From Setoptus koraiensis (taxonomy: Eukaryota; Animalia; Arthropoda): a stretch of 63,879 nucleotides of DNA. Every line of letters begins with the position of its first letter. Position 1 is the stretch's first letter. A program made the position numbers and the translations under genes. The DNA is taken from contig CM106586.1 in assembly GCA_048013815.1 (NCBI GenBank), positions 23,746,122 through 23,810,000 of the forward strand, given 5' to 3'. A model generated the notes under the pieces. The model was given only the letters and a program-made list of their open reading frames with translations. It did no database searches and was not told where the DNA came from. Positions 11,058-24,298 of this stretch are shown one piece after another.

Positions 11058-11905
11058 CTATAGGAACTCGCTTCGTCTAGTCCTCTTTGGGTACCGTTGA
11101 GTTGTTTTTTTCGGTGGTTGATCCGTTGGTGTTCCATAAGGGTGATATTCATCAATGGTACACAATTGAATATCATCTTCTTCGTCGAACGGGTCATTGG
11201 TCCTTGCTGAAGATCGATTAGTGGAAAGCCCGATATGTCTGTCTTTTTTCTTCTCCAACATTTTATTTAGATCTTCTTCATATTTTTTCAAATATTCCGC
11301 ACGAGATTCCTCTTCCGCTTTGATCTCGGCCCTCAATTCTTCGCATTCTTTCTGCTTGTTCTTTAGTATGGTTACATGACGTTTATACTCATCAATTACG
11401 CCCTTGCTAGCCAGGGACCTATAATCTTCAATCTGTTGTGGAAAATTGACGGATAGAGTGAAGATTGAAACAATTGAGTCAAAAATATAGAGATTTATAT
11501 AGTTAAGGAGGAAGAATTTGGTCTTAAACTTACCTCCTTTTGTTGAGCTTCGATTAGATTCTGGCGCCTATTCATTGAGTTGAGAGCAACTTTCGCGCAC
11601 TGTTCGCGTAACTTTTCTATCATGGTTCGCGTAGTTTTATTTGCCTGGCGTAGATGAACGATCTGTTGATCTATTTGAACAATTTCCTTTATTTTGGCTT
11701 GTTGCTCTATAATTGTGGCAAAGAGTTTGTCACTGTGCAAATTGGATAAAATTGATTTCCCATTGTGGTGTTTGATGGAGGGATCAAGCGGCGAATGTTT
11801 CGATTGATCACGAAGCCGTTTCTTCTGCTCATTCAACAAATGATGGATCTTATTTCTGCTGGCGGTGATAATTTCCAAGTCATTCTCAAGTTCTCCAGAA
11901 TACAT
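11058..11905 (-). CDS. Uncharacterised coiled-coil protein; exons 11905-11534 and 11432-11058 (248 aa)
   Basis: The GAG|GTAAGT donor and CAACAG acceptor (101-nt intron) join two ORFs in phase 0. It ends in a basic NLS-like tail (PPKKTTQRYPKRTRR), with AATAAA downstream near 10890. Confidence 0.7.
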
Positions 11906-12240
11906 GTTTCGAGTTGGTAAATTAAATGGTTGTTTGCATGAAAACAACGTTTTGAGAAAAGGGAAAAACTTCTCGGCCGATTAATTGTAGCGGCACCAAT
12001 GATTCATATAATAGTACTAACAAGCTGATGGCATATGATATTTCAGCGACTGGAGTTAAGAGAGGACTTGCGGAATAGAACCTACCCAAACTTGAAAATT
12101 TGGGCCGGTTGCGCAATCAAATGGCGCAATCCAGACCAAGTTGCTCAAAAGTACGCGCAGGGGATATATTCTATGGAACGACATGGCTTTGTATGCATTC
12201 TTATCCCCGTTCATATGTGGATATCATCCACTATCCACAG

Positions 12241-12248
12241 TATCGATA
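12241..12248. promoter_or_regulatory. DRE (TATCGATA) in the divergent promoter between the coiled-coil gene and PTPN23
   Basis: Perfect DRE palindrome 200 nt upstream of the PTPN23 ATG; typical of arthropod housekeeping promoters. Confidence 0.5.
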
Positions 12249-12439
12249 GTGCATTTTTCAAATTCTCGCGCCTTGCTTATAAAAGTGGACATTTAGCCGC
12301 TGAGGGAAAAAGCAAGTGAAAACATTGAAAACGTGATCGACCATCGCATTTTCATTACATTCTCAATTGACATCTTCAGTATTTTATTAGGATAATCGCG
12401 ATTTCTTTATGAACTGGACAAAAGAGAAAGAAAAATAGA

Positions 12440-14509
12440 ATGGAGAAGATAATCAAGAACTACTTACCCATGCTTAATTGGCCATGTAGAACTGCCACGA
12501 CAGCCGATTTTAACGCAGCCTTCAAAAAGGCTATCAGACAACAATTCAATGAGAACCCAGAGGAATACACGAAAGAACTGTATCTATTTGAGAGTCTTAG
12601 GAATAGCGCCATTAGTGCTAGTCATGATTTGTCCGGACTGAAACTGTTGAAACAATACTATTGTCAACTGATGGCCATTATGTCTCGTTTCAAAGATTGT
12701 GAGGCCAAATTCACATGGGTCGATATATACGGTAGGGTTGCCACCCAAGGGGATCTAGATTATGAGCTCAACAGTATTATGTTCAATATTGCTGCCATAC
12801 ATACTGAACTAGGCAAAGTGACCACCAGATCGTCAGAGGATTCCTCTAAGACGTCCCTGACAAACTTTCAAAGTGCTAGCTGGTGGATAAAAGAATTGAG
12901 GGACAATCGCAAAGGAATCAAAACTAAAGATATGAGCCGTGATACTCTTACCCTATTCTATCATATACTATTAGCTCAGTCACATGAATGTCTCTTTGAA
13001 AAGAGTGTCCGGGACGCACTGGATTCCGCCACAAAAGCAAAAATTGTTGCCCAGATCGTGGACGATTACTCATCGGCAAGCGTTCTATTGCAATCATCCT
13101 CTTTCGATCATGCTGACTCCATCAGAGACGTAGTTAGAGTTGGAAAAATCTACGACGAATGGAAAGGTTATGTAGAATTTAAAGTCAATTATTACAAGAC
13201 TCTTGTATATTTTCTATCCGGAATGGCATGTGATCCAATAAACAATGTCGGAGAACGCATAGCATGGTTGCAAATAGCTAGTAAAAAAATTGAAGACGCT
13301 ACTAAGGCTGCTGCCAACTTCACTGATCAAACAGGGGCAAAAAATGCATTGGCTGTCTTGAATGAGTTTATCGAAAAAAACAAATCCGAAGCCATTAGAG
13401 ATAATGATTACATTTACCACTCCAAAGTACCCACATCTGATAAGCTAAGTGATATTAAAGGTTTCCAATTGGCAGTGCCATTGGCATTCAGTATGAATTC
13501 GGCGAAAAGCGGAATTGCATTCAAGGATATTTTCTCTAATTTAGTTCCATTAGAGGCACATGAGGTTGCGTCGTTGTACAGTAAGAGCAAAGATGATCTA
13601 TCTAGGGATGTGAAACGCCGTGTTGCTGAAAAAGATGACGAACTAGCAGAAATTCTATCAAAGCTTAACCTAAATAAGAAAACTCTTAGGCCAAAGCCCC
13701 TGGATATACCGGATGATCTTATTGAGATATGCGCCGAGATCAGCATGACATCGAATCTACTTGAAGATGTTTTAAATAATTTAGAAGATATAGACTCAAA
13801 GGCGGCCACCATCCATGAAAAACTTGAGCACGCTCAGAAACTGATCCAAAAAAGACCACAGCCGGCTTATCTGGAAGAGCTTGCTAGACACAAAGCCACA
13901 CACAGCAAGGCTCTGCAATCAAATCAAATTCTCCATAAATCCCTTACATCAGAATTGATGATGAACATGCAGCAGCTATGCTCAACCAGTGATCCAACAA
14001 AATTACTACCTAGTCTAAATGATACAGTTAAATCAGACGAAGATACACTAATGAAACTGGAGAAATTGTTGGATAAAGTTGATGAAATGAAGAATCAACG
14101 AGTTAATTTATGTGATCAATTGCGTGTTTCTATTCAAGAAGATGACGTTATAAAACAAGTACTTTCCAATCCAGCGGAACAGGACATCAAGAAAGTTTTT
14201 AATCATGAATTAAAGAAGCACGATCAATACCTTATACCATTGGAGAGTAACCTTAGTAAACAGGATGACATCTTAGATACTCTAGAAAGAGTTAATGCCC
14301 AATACGCTAACACTAAGAAAGCTTACAAAGAATATAGTAGGCTTAGAGAGACAAAATTGGCATCTTATTTTAAATCCTACGAGCAATTCAAAGAGTTAAA
14401 GGAAGGCATAGAAAAAGGATTAGAGTATCATAACCAAATGTTAAAATTGGTGGACAATTTTCATTCGCGAGTTTGCGCCGCCTATGAAGTTGTTGATTTC
14501 ATGAATTGA
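12440..14509 (+). CDS. PTPN23: HD-PTP/Myopic (PTPN23)-like ESCRT adaptor with BRO1 and V domains only, intronless, 689 aa
   Basis: N-terminal LPML, ENPEEY, YELNSIMFNIAA, LAQSHECLFEK, VGERIAWLQ and DNDYIYH are closer to PTPN23 than to ALIX. The ORF stops at the end of the V domain. Confidence 0.8.
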   Translation: MEKIIKNYLPMLNWPCRTATTADFNAAFKKAIRQQFNENPEEYTKELYLFESLRNSAISASHDLSGLKLLKQYYCQLMAIMSRFKDCEAKFTWVDIYGRVATQGDLDYELNSIMFNIAAIHTELGKVTTRSSEDSSKTSLTNFQSASWWIKELRDNRKGIKTKDMSRDTLTLFYHILLAQSHECLFEKSVRDALDSATKAKIVAQIVDDYSSASVLLQSSSFDHADSIRDVVRVGKIYDEWKGYVEFKVNYYKTLVYFLSGMACDPINNVGERIAWLQIASKKIEDATKAAANFTDQTGAKNALAVLNEFIEKNKSEAIRDNDYIYHSKVPTSDKLSDIKGFQLAVPLAFSMNSAKSGIAFKDIFSNLVPLEAHEVASLYSKSKDDLSRDVKRRVAEKDDELAEILSKLNLNKKTLRPKPLDIPDDLIEICAEISMTSNLLEDVLNNLEDIDSKAATIHEKLEHAQKLIQKRPQPAYLEELARHKATHSKALQSNQILHKSLTSELMMNMQQLCSTSDPTKLLPSLNDTVKSDEDTLMKLEKLLDKVDEMKNQRVNLCDQLRVSIQEDDVIKQVLSNPAEQDIKKVFNHELKKHDQYLIPLESNLSKQDDILDTLERVNAQYANTKKAYKEYSRLRETKLASYFKSYEQFKELKEGIEKGLEYHNQMLKLVDNFHSRVCAAYEVVDFMN

Positions 14510-15107
14510 TGATTTTATGTGTTAGCGTGGTTAGAAATTAAACAACTTTCACCAGCGCTACCAATAATAATACCACAGCTATGTGATTATAAATATCAAG
14601 CGAAAGATCAAATTGAGCTGGAGTCATTCAAATGAGCATTAAATATAGATGAATGCTATGATTAATGACTATAAATTTCGCTGTCAATTGTTTCAAATAT
14701 GACGCTACAATACTAGTCATTATCTGACGTTTTGCAATACACAACTAGTTTGTCTAACCATCTAGTTTTCGTGTAATTAATATAATTTCATGTCGCTATT
14801 TTAATTATTTGAGTTGATCAATTTAACGCTATCTTGTCAGCAATTAATACAAACATTAAATCCAATCGAACTGGGTCGTTCCGCTGAGCTCTTGTGAATC
14901 GCGAGACAAGCAGACACGTTTATACGATTATCTTGACAGTGATCGACAGTGAATATGGTGACAATGCCTTTTCATTAGCTTTTTAAATCTGCGTGATATG
15001 CGTCATGATGTGACACCAGGTAAACCTAGGTGGTTAGAAAGGAATGAATGAATGAAGAACGACTTGTTGTAACACGATTGAATCTAATCGCATTCTATTC
15101 GTATCTC

Positions 15108-15110
<3 letters not shown>

Positions 15111-15149
<39 letters not shown>
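15111..15149. repeat. (GA)19 microsatellite near the left edge of the AP-2 region
   Basis: Seen directly. Confidence 0.95.
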
Positions 15150-15150
<1 letters not shown>

Positions 15151-16061
15151 ACGATACCGATTGTGATTTCGGTAGTTTTTCTAACAAGGGTAGACTAACA
15201 AAGAGAGAAAGAAGAACGAAATGTCTTATCGCATGCAATGATAAACATCATGATCTAGTTTAGTTATATATATATATTATTAGTTTAGCTACGAGCAACA
15301 TTAACGTTGTTGCGGAGTTTACTTGATTGGATCGTATAATGACCACACAAATACACACACTCGCTCTCAGAACGTTATACATGTTCATCATCAAATCAAT
15401 CAAATAGTTTCATCATTAAGACGAGACGTTTAGCAGCAGCAGCTAGTCTGCTGCTGCTGCTTCAATCTTCTTTTAGCTCATTAGATGGAGATTTCCATTT
15501 CGATTTGGACCCTGATGGTGTTGTTGATGAGACCGATCAAACTGATGAGCCAGTTGTGATGGCCACACACACACACTCTTGCCAATCTAGACACATTTAC
15601 ACAAATACAAAGCCATGTTTATTTGTGACTCAAGTTTTTCTGATGTCGGCACTTATAGCTGGTGGTCAGTGTGCAGTTTGGCTAGTTAGTTAGTCAGTCA
15701 GACCTTGCTCTTCTTTTCTACCTGGATCAATAATGAAAACTATCCGTCTGTGCGCTGATATGTATCTGTGCTTTTTGTGTATCAAAGCCCAATCTATCTA
15801 TGTATTATGAATATGAAAGTTAATGGTTATTGTTGTGGAAGTAATGACGATCAATTTGGTTTGAACGGCCGGCAGTATCAGTATCAGCGAGCTAAAGCTA
15901 GTGAGCGGGTGAGCGAGTGGCTAGGCGGCAAAGGTGCAAACAGGACAAGATTATTTTTGGCTTCTCGTCGTCGTCGTCAACATTTAATCGCTGCGCTTCC
16001 ATTCATTAGTTGTTGCTAAAGTTTTTTGTTCAATCTCTTTGCTGATCATAATCACCTGATG

Positions 16062-16085
16062 GTCGTCGTCGTCGTCGTCGTCGTC
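16062..16085. repeat. (GTC)8 microsatellite
   Basis: Seen directly. Confidence 0.9.
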
Positions 16086-19000
16086 GCCGTATTTATAACA
16101 TTGCATATGGTGGCATTTATATGGCATATATCGTATGCATCACATCTATGTGTTTATGTTGCACCTGATCAAAGATGACCACTTGAACCAATGGGTTCAA
16201 TCACGATACCATTGCTTATCAGCTACTGCTTTTCTCTGGCTGTTTCTCGTTAGCATCACGATCCAGCTACTGTCTGTCCGGTCCGATGTCCAGATCTTGA
16301 TATATTCAATCTGAATAAGTGCGTTGCTGCTGCTATTGCTGCTGCTTATGTATAACAATTTAACATCATTCAACAGATTTAACAGATTCAACTTTTCATA
16401 TAACAGTTTATAAGTTGCGCTACCACGAACTATCTACCATCAACTTGATTCATTCTGGCCATTTCTCTTTATCGGTTCTCTCATGACTGGCAACCTCTCG
16501 AGCCCTTGCGCGGCAGCAGGATCTGTTGTGTTCTCTTTCTAAGCAAACTATCAAATACTGTCTGTGAGATGTTTAAGTTTTTAATTATAATTATAATAAT
16601 GATTATAATCTTTATCTCACAACATCTGTACACATTACAACAACTTGTTGGCTGTGTGTGTGTCTCTTGGTGGCGATCACAACACAACGCAAAAACAACA
16701 GCGGCGGCAGCAGCAAAATAGTGGCGCTAATTTGTTTGGTTGACTTGCTTCACGAGGCAGCCAGTTGGATCAGCTCTCAACTTGAGAGTCTCACAAGAGT
16801 CGAGAATCAGAGTCGCAGAGTTGAGAGCCGCAGAGTTGAGAGCCGCAGAGTTGAGAGGCAAGCGAGCAAATATTGAGAATTTATAATTTAGAAAAATAAC
16901 TTCCACTTGTCTCCATCTTTCAATTCACTGATGCACAGATAATAGTTGGCTCGCTTTCATAAACTATTTATGTTACGTAACGTTGCTGTGTTGCCACTAA
17001 TAATCAATGTTGCTACTATTATTATACAAATGAACAGGTGCTATCATGGGCCAAAGTGATTAGGTGATATTACTAGTGGCGATATGTTGTTGTTGTTGGT
17101 GGTGGTGGTGGTAAACGACTTTTCGGTTATAATAATCATCTGTATGTGATTCTGTTTTAATCAACACGGTGTTGGCGCGTATGCAAATCGCGCTCGCTTT
17201 GTTGCTGTTGCTGTTCTGGCGTGGTCAGCTCACCGTAATCATTACCGTGAATGCACCGGACTCTTGTTTTTCTCTTCTTGTTTCTGGTTAGGCGGGCCAA
17301 GCGTGCGGCCAGGTCACGTAGTGACATCGCCGGACGCTTCACTTTATTTTTATTATTATTATCTGTTCTGTTTCTGTTCACTCAATTTATGGCCAGTCAT
17401 CAATTAGCCAATGTGTGGTGTTGATTTAAAGAGTGCCAGTTGCAACATCAAGTAACTGACCACAGCATAGTAACAGCATAATAACAGCATAATAACAGCG
17501 CAACAACAGCCCAATAAGAGCGCAACAACAGCCTAATAACAGCACAACAACGGCACAACAACGGCACAATAAGCATAAGATAAGGTGAACAGTAGCAGTG
17601 GCTAGTGGCCACCATCAACGCTTCGGCGTCTCATCGGCTTCAGTTGGCTCGCTAACAAACGTTTGCATAGGTAACAGTCAGTGTTATGTAATTATGTAAT
17701 ATGTACAGTTGAAATGGCGCTAGCCAAAGCTGCAGCGTTGCAATAACGCAGATAACGCAAATATCGAGCGAGTGAGCCAGTGAGACTCTCAAACAAAGTG
17801 ATGTAATGCATCATGTAGTGCAATAGTTGTTGCACTTGTTGCACTTGTGTGTGTGTTCTTTGTATTATCACTGTGTGTCGTTGCATTATTTTTGCCAGCA
17901 GTAGCTAGATAAAAAGGATGCCTAAATAAAATTGATGGCAAAAGAAATTAAAACTGCACGCAATTTTTTGCCGCCTCTCTGCTCTTTGATTCTTTCAAAG
18001 AATTGGTTCATCTTGTTTTACTGTGCATACACCAAGCGTAATATCAGAGGAGCGAAACGACCAAACCATGAAACGATGAAATGAAACTTGCAACTTGCCA
18101 TTTACTATTGCTATTAGCCGACCATCAAGAGCTTGCCAAGTGTGTGCGTTTGCAGCGCAAAGAGTATTGACATCACCTATTAACTAACTGCATTTAGATT
18201 GATATTTACATTGCTCGACTTGGCTGTTCGCCGACATGATCGAGCGGCCGTTTGGAAGCGCCAGTATTCAGGCAGCAATACAGCTCGAAATGAACAAGTT
18301 TTATCAAGATGAATCGTGGTCACTCGATCATCGACATATCGCATCATTGGTTGCATTTGTGAGATTGGAACGTTCCTTTTGGAAGCGTCGCAACAAACGT
18401 ATGGACATAATATGGCTACATAATGCAGATGTATAACACACACAGAGATACAAGCCAGATATATAAGACAGAAATACGTAATAAGACAAGATCGGATTCA
18501 GTTCGATGAACCGACGCCGGCCATATAACTGGCACGATAAAAGTGGTTGCGCAACACTCAAAGTGGCCAACCACAAACAAAGCCGTGCCGAGCCGAGCCT
18601 AGCCAAACTGACCCTCTGCCGTGATCTTTTGGCTCACAATGGTCACGATAGTGGCAACAATTTTCACAAATCCAATGCCATTACACTGATACAGATTATG
18701 CTGACATGATGCTCCAATGCGAGATGCGCATACACAAGACGGTGATAATAGTGTGTTGGCACCCATATTACGTAACACGGTGACCACATGAAGCACATTG
18801 AAGCAAACTTGCACATAGCAGCACTCACAGCTACATCACAGCTACATCACAGCTACATCACAGCTATATAGGTTTGGTTTATCCGCAATATCGGCTTTAT
18901 TTACACTAAAAGTAGATATTGCAGCGGCGAGAGGATTACGCAATATCGCGCTATCAACAGTTGATAGGCTTGTGCGTCACTTCAACATCAACAACAGACT

Positions 19001-22000
19001 GTTGATTCGGCATGCAGTGTGTGTGTGTGTGTGTGCGAAATACAGGTGAGTTGGTAAAATGTCTGGCATATCTAGATATTTTAGCTGGTTGATATTTGGC
19101 AGCCAGTGACGGCAGCAGCAGCCTGTTGTAGTGCAAACTGGTAGTCGGTGATTGAATAGTGCCCATTGAATGGTGCTCATTGGATAGTGCTCGTTGGATG
19201 GTGCCCGTTGAGTGGCGCTCATGACCACTCATCATGTCAGATATAGATGTTATGGCCGGCGAGCAGCATTTGTTTGTTTGTTTGTATACGTTTACGTAAT
19301 ACATCAACAACATTATTCCTATGTTATTGCTGTCATTGTGCACAAAGGTAGGCCGCTCGGCGGCCAGCCGAACCATTGCGATGGGCGCCTAATCAAATTA
19401 GGATTATAAGCTATGCATCGGCGGCATTATGACTATTATTGTTGGCTTAATTTAAATTTATCATCATTATTATTTGTGCTGAATAGATAATCTGTGTTCA
19501 TTGAGCGGCCAACACACTCATGTGTCTACCTGACGAGCGGGCTCTCTGACGATCGGACTCGGCGATCGGACTGTGCCGGCCGGACTGTGGCGGCCGGACT
19601 GTGGCGGAGTGACCTTGTTTGCGGCCGTTGTTTGCATGTGCGTCTGTTGTGGCCGACTGTGTCAGATTGTGGCGCATTATAACATGATGTAACATTGCAC
19701 AGAGACACTGGACGCCGGCATGCAGATAGCGAGCGAGCGAGAGAGAGAGCGAGAGAGATCTGGCATGGATTTGGTTATATTGGATTTGGATTATCAATTA
19801 TTCTCGAAATGATATCATCTTAAGCTGGCCGCTGCTTGTCGCAGTGGGTCGCTCGCTGTAGAGTCTGTACAGTAGAGACAGAGAGAGAGTCGCTAATGAT
19901 GATTGCGCGCTGCTATTATCAAACAATTCTATTAGATGCTCGTTGCTGGCTCGACAGGTTCGCTCGCTGTTGGCTCACCTGTTATACCTGTTACCTGTTG
20001 GCTGTTACCTGTTGGCTGTGCGTATGAGGCGGCCAACAGCGAGCTTGTTTTGATTTGCTGTGGATCATGTGATGTGATCATTTTCGTTTTCACTGGCCAC
20101 TTCGCTTGCGACTAACACAAACAAGACAGCCAGACACAGAGACTTGAAGCACTCGTGAGAGTGATTAGCCTCCATCACTGGCCGCTTGTCAGCCTGATTT
20201 GGGCTCGAGTGATCAGAGTCTGGTTTGCACTCACAAGTTGTGAGTCTCAACAGCCAACACACATGATAGTTTTGACAGAGACAGAGACAGCGACAGTTAC
20301 GTAACGCAATAACACAGTCGCAGCGTGTGTTTAATTTTAATATCTAATTTTAATATCGATATTACAAGCACTGATTAGTGCATTGACACAGTGCAGTCGC
20401 TCATAATGAGTGACTCACTCACTCATTTGTCTCAACGGCCGGCATTTGGCCAGACACACACACACACATTCGACTCCAATGATTGCACTGACAATTTTTA
20501 GCTAGACTTCAGTTGCACAAGTTAGGCTCCACAAGTGAAATGAGTGAAATAAACTCGACACACTGACCATACTAGAGTGACCATTAATCAACAATTGATA
20601 TCAACTAGCCAGTGATCTAATGGGCCAACTAGAGCATTGCACTCAGCTAGTCAAGTGGCTTCTCGTGCATTCTCGTCGCTGTTGGTCGGTGTTTGTCAGT
20701 GTTCGTTTGTGTGTCAATGCAGTGACGTTGCAAACATTCAAATGAGCCAGCAAGATTCGAGTTAGCGAGCTATGGTGAGATCAATAGCAGTGAGTGAATA
20801 GTGAGATCAAAAGTAGTCACATCAATAGTAGTGAGCAAATAGTGAGGCAACGCAAATGTAAATAAAAGTGGCCACTAAATAAAATTAAAACATTGACACT
20901 TGGCAGCAAACAACAACCAATGACGAGCAACGCTGACCAGCAATTATCAGCTGATGATTAGCTCACAAGTCAGAGGGAAGCGGCCCAAGACTGTTTCGAA
21001 AACAGTCCCACAAAAAGAAGCTTCGCGAGAGCCGCCTGACAAGAGCCGGCTGCGTATAATATCATATGATATAATCAATATAAATTCAATATAAACTGGC
21101 ATTAGCGTTGTTTTGTTGCAACATTTGGCCAGCCGTCGCTTCGATTTGTTGTGGCTGGTCGCTCGTTGCACTCACTTGATCGGCCTGCCGGCTCGATCAT
21201 TTGCAACCCGCGAGCTGAGCCGGCCAAACCGAGCGCCCGTTCAATTTTCTAGCGGGCCGGCCGGACCGAGCCACTCGACGAGCGGCTCGGTTTGGCTCGG
21301 TTTCACTGTTTGATTGTCGCCGAACGCCAGAGTCCGGCGAACGTTCGGGTGTGTGTTTTGGCCACTGGACAACGCACACCTTCTGATACAGTTACAGCGC
21401 CAGAAAGATTGCCAACCAACAAAGTAGCCGCAACAAGCTATTGCGGCCAATTGGCAACACAAGACAGCCAAGAGAAATAAATAAATTACCTGTTGATGGT
21501 CATCCCGGCAAAGGCAGCCAATGTGGCCAGTGCAGGTGAATTGGGTGGCTAGCTTGCCCGGTGTGTTGTGCAGTATGTTGTGTAGCATGAACTCTACATG
21601 TCCACGGCTTGTGGCCACTTGCTCATTGCAAGCGAGCTCACTATACATGACGTAATGGTAACATTGGCGATTGGCGCCACTCGCTGGCCACTCCGCTGGC
21701 CACTGGCTGTCCACTGGCTGCACAGTGCACTAGATAGTGGACTTATTAGCGCATTACACACTGGACTTATTAGCGCTAGATGGCCGCTGCGGCCGCGGCT
21801 ATGATGCGCCAAGATTACGTCACACCAGGCGAGCCAGCATGCAAACAAACGGCGCGGACGGCGCACAGATGTGGGCATCTCCGTGTCACTCGCCGGCTCA
21901 CATCTTCATCTCGCTTGCCAACTTGTACTTATAATGTTACATATGCCAGATATGTTGATGTACGAACACACATAACAGATCGCACTGGCTATCATGTTCG

Positions 22001-24054
22001 TCCAGTCTTGTCCGGCGACTCGCTCCACGGCAAGCCGTTCGAATGCATGCGCATATTCCAATCTATGCCTTCGAATAAGTGCCTTCGAATGTGCGCTCGA
22101 ATGTGCGCTCGAATGTGTGCGTTCGGCCGGCCCAACGGTCGCCGCAATGCAAACATCGCTCGCAAGCATCGCTGGCGACCATAGCTGGCGACTATCGCTG
22201 GCAAACGTCGCCGGCAAATATGCGACTGACTGTGATTTTTGCAAGCTGGCCAAGCTCGCAAAGCGACACTTTTGGTGGCGCCGTTGCAAGTTGCAGCGGC
22301 CGCAGTGACGCCAAACAGCCAGCAGGCCGCACACTCAAACTAAAGCGACCAAATCAAAGCAGTGGAAATAGTAGCAGCGCTCGCATTTTGTGTCCAGTCT
22401 CAGCAAGCCCGACGAGCAAAGATGACGCTCGTTCACATGGCGACATTACGCAATTGTGGACGCAGCAACAAGCAAAAGTTTGCTCTTACTTATTCACTCA
22501 TGAGACACTTGATACTCGTCTCACCTGGTGCTTGCGTTTATATTTTTATTTGCTGTCCGTCCGTCTGTCTGTGTATCGACTGCGACATTCACTCGTTCAC
22601 TGGCTCACAAAGTCACTTGTCTCTGTTCACCTGTGCTCGCCAATCGGCCTCGTAATGGCCGTCACGCTGGCCGTCGTCGCTGTCACGTTGGTCGAACCAG
22701 CCGCGCCGAGCTAGCTGGACTCTCGAGTCTAGAGTTTGGAGTCTGTCGAGTCTTGAGACAAACACGGCCAATGATAAGTGTGCACCAATGACACTGCACC
22801 AATGACTCTCTGCACCAATGACTCTCTGCACCAATGGCAACTCTCGCCACCGATAGCGCCAATCAGCTGCTTGTGACAGCCGTCAGTTTGGGCTAGCTGC
22901 ATCGCTGTTTGCACCCCAAATCAAGCCTCATTCGCTCACTCACTGCCCGCTCGACAGCGAGTGAGTGCGACCGCAAACCGCTCGCTGGTGGGACCAAAGG
23001 TGAGACTGAAGACGCAACCAAAGGTGAGACCAATGGTGACCAACAACACAACCGATATAAGATATTAGATATTGGATGTTGGTTGTTGGTTGTTGGATAT
23101 CAGATATTTGATGTCGCTTGTGCCGTACGGCCGATGCAACTGGCAGCCGATTTAGGCCACTTGTTGATGTTAGTTGCTTGCCAGGCTGACTCGCATAGCT
23201 CGCTGGCAGGCTGACAGTGACTGTCGGACGGAGTGAAGTTGTGCCACTTGCCAGCTGACCACGGCCCAAAAACAAAACACAAATTAATAGCTGGCCAAAC
23301 GATATGAGTGCGGCCATGTGAGCCATATATTAATGCCCAAAACTTTCTTCTTTTATCGTGCATCATACGGCAAGCTTATTGAATAATGCTCATTGGCCTA
23401 ATACTTTATCTGCTGGTTGCATTGGCACTTTTATCTGCACTCAAGCTCGCACAAATGCCTTTTAATGTCACCCTTAAATTTCAAGTTTCAGTTCAGAGCT
23501 GCATGCGTCAAACTCTGCACCGTCTCTGCACCGTCCCTCTGTCATCAGCACCAGTGTTCACCTTTATCTAGCCTTTATTTAGCTGCATTCGCCAGCATTT
23601 ACCTGTATTCACCTGTATTTACCTGTGCAGCATATGTGCATACGGCATTCACATATCAGTATATGTATGTATATATATCAGTGTGCAGTATAATGTTCAA
23701 ATGTGATGCAGCCATCAAATGCTATCAAAGCTGTGGCAGTGTGTCAGTTGATAGCTGACAGCAACGGTTGACAGCGATGCCATACTTGTTGACCATGAAC
23801 AAGTGTTTTGTTGGTGTGTGTCCACAACAAGTGCAACTCGTATGTTATCTATGTTGCGCAAGTCGCGTATGTTGCGTAAGTCGCCAATGAGGCAAGTCGG
23901 TCAGTTCATTTGGCCATGTCCTTTTCGTTGCCTTACGCTGGCTCAACTGCCCAATAAACTCGCCGGGCCTGGCCAATCAAACTGGGTCATCTATTGATGA
24001 TTGTTATTATTAGCCACGTTGATTATGTAATGCGCGCCATTATGCGCCAAGGTG

Positions 24055-24085
<31 letters not shown>

Positions 24086-24104
24086 TTGTTATTTATGGGC
24101 TCTT

Positions 24105-24110
24105 TTTATT
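24105..24110 (-). terminator. Candidate AP-2 polyadenylation signal with downstream (TG)12 GU-rich element (24060-24084)
   Basis: Minus-strand AATAAA followed about 20 nt later by a TG run; implies a 3'UTR of about 1.1 kb. Confidence 0.45.
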
Positions 24111-24218
24111 TATGGTCACACACAATGACAGCAAGCTGAAATGAACGACAATTAGCCGCTCTCTGCTCGGCAGCTCTACACTGTCCACAGTGCTTACAAT
24201 GTCGCCAGACTCAGGCGG

Positions 24219-24298
24219 CCAGAGTGAATACCAGGCTGAATACCAGACTGACCGCCAGACTGACCGCCAGAGTGAATAGCAGAGTGAATAGCAGAGTG
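24219..24298. repeat. 12-bp degenerate tandem repeat x6.5 (CCAGAGTGAATA/CCAGACTGACCG)
   Basis: Seen directly. Confidence 0.85.
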
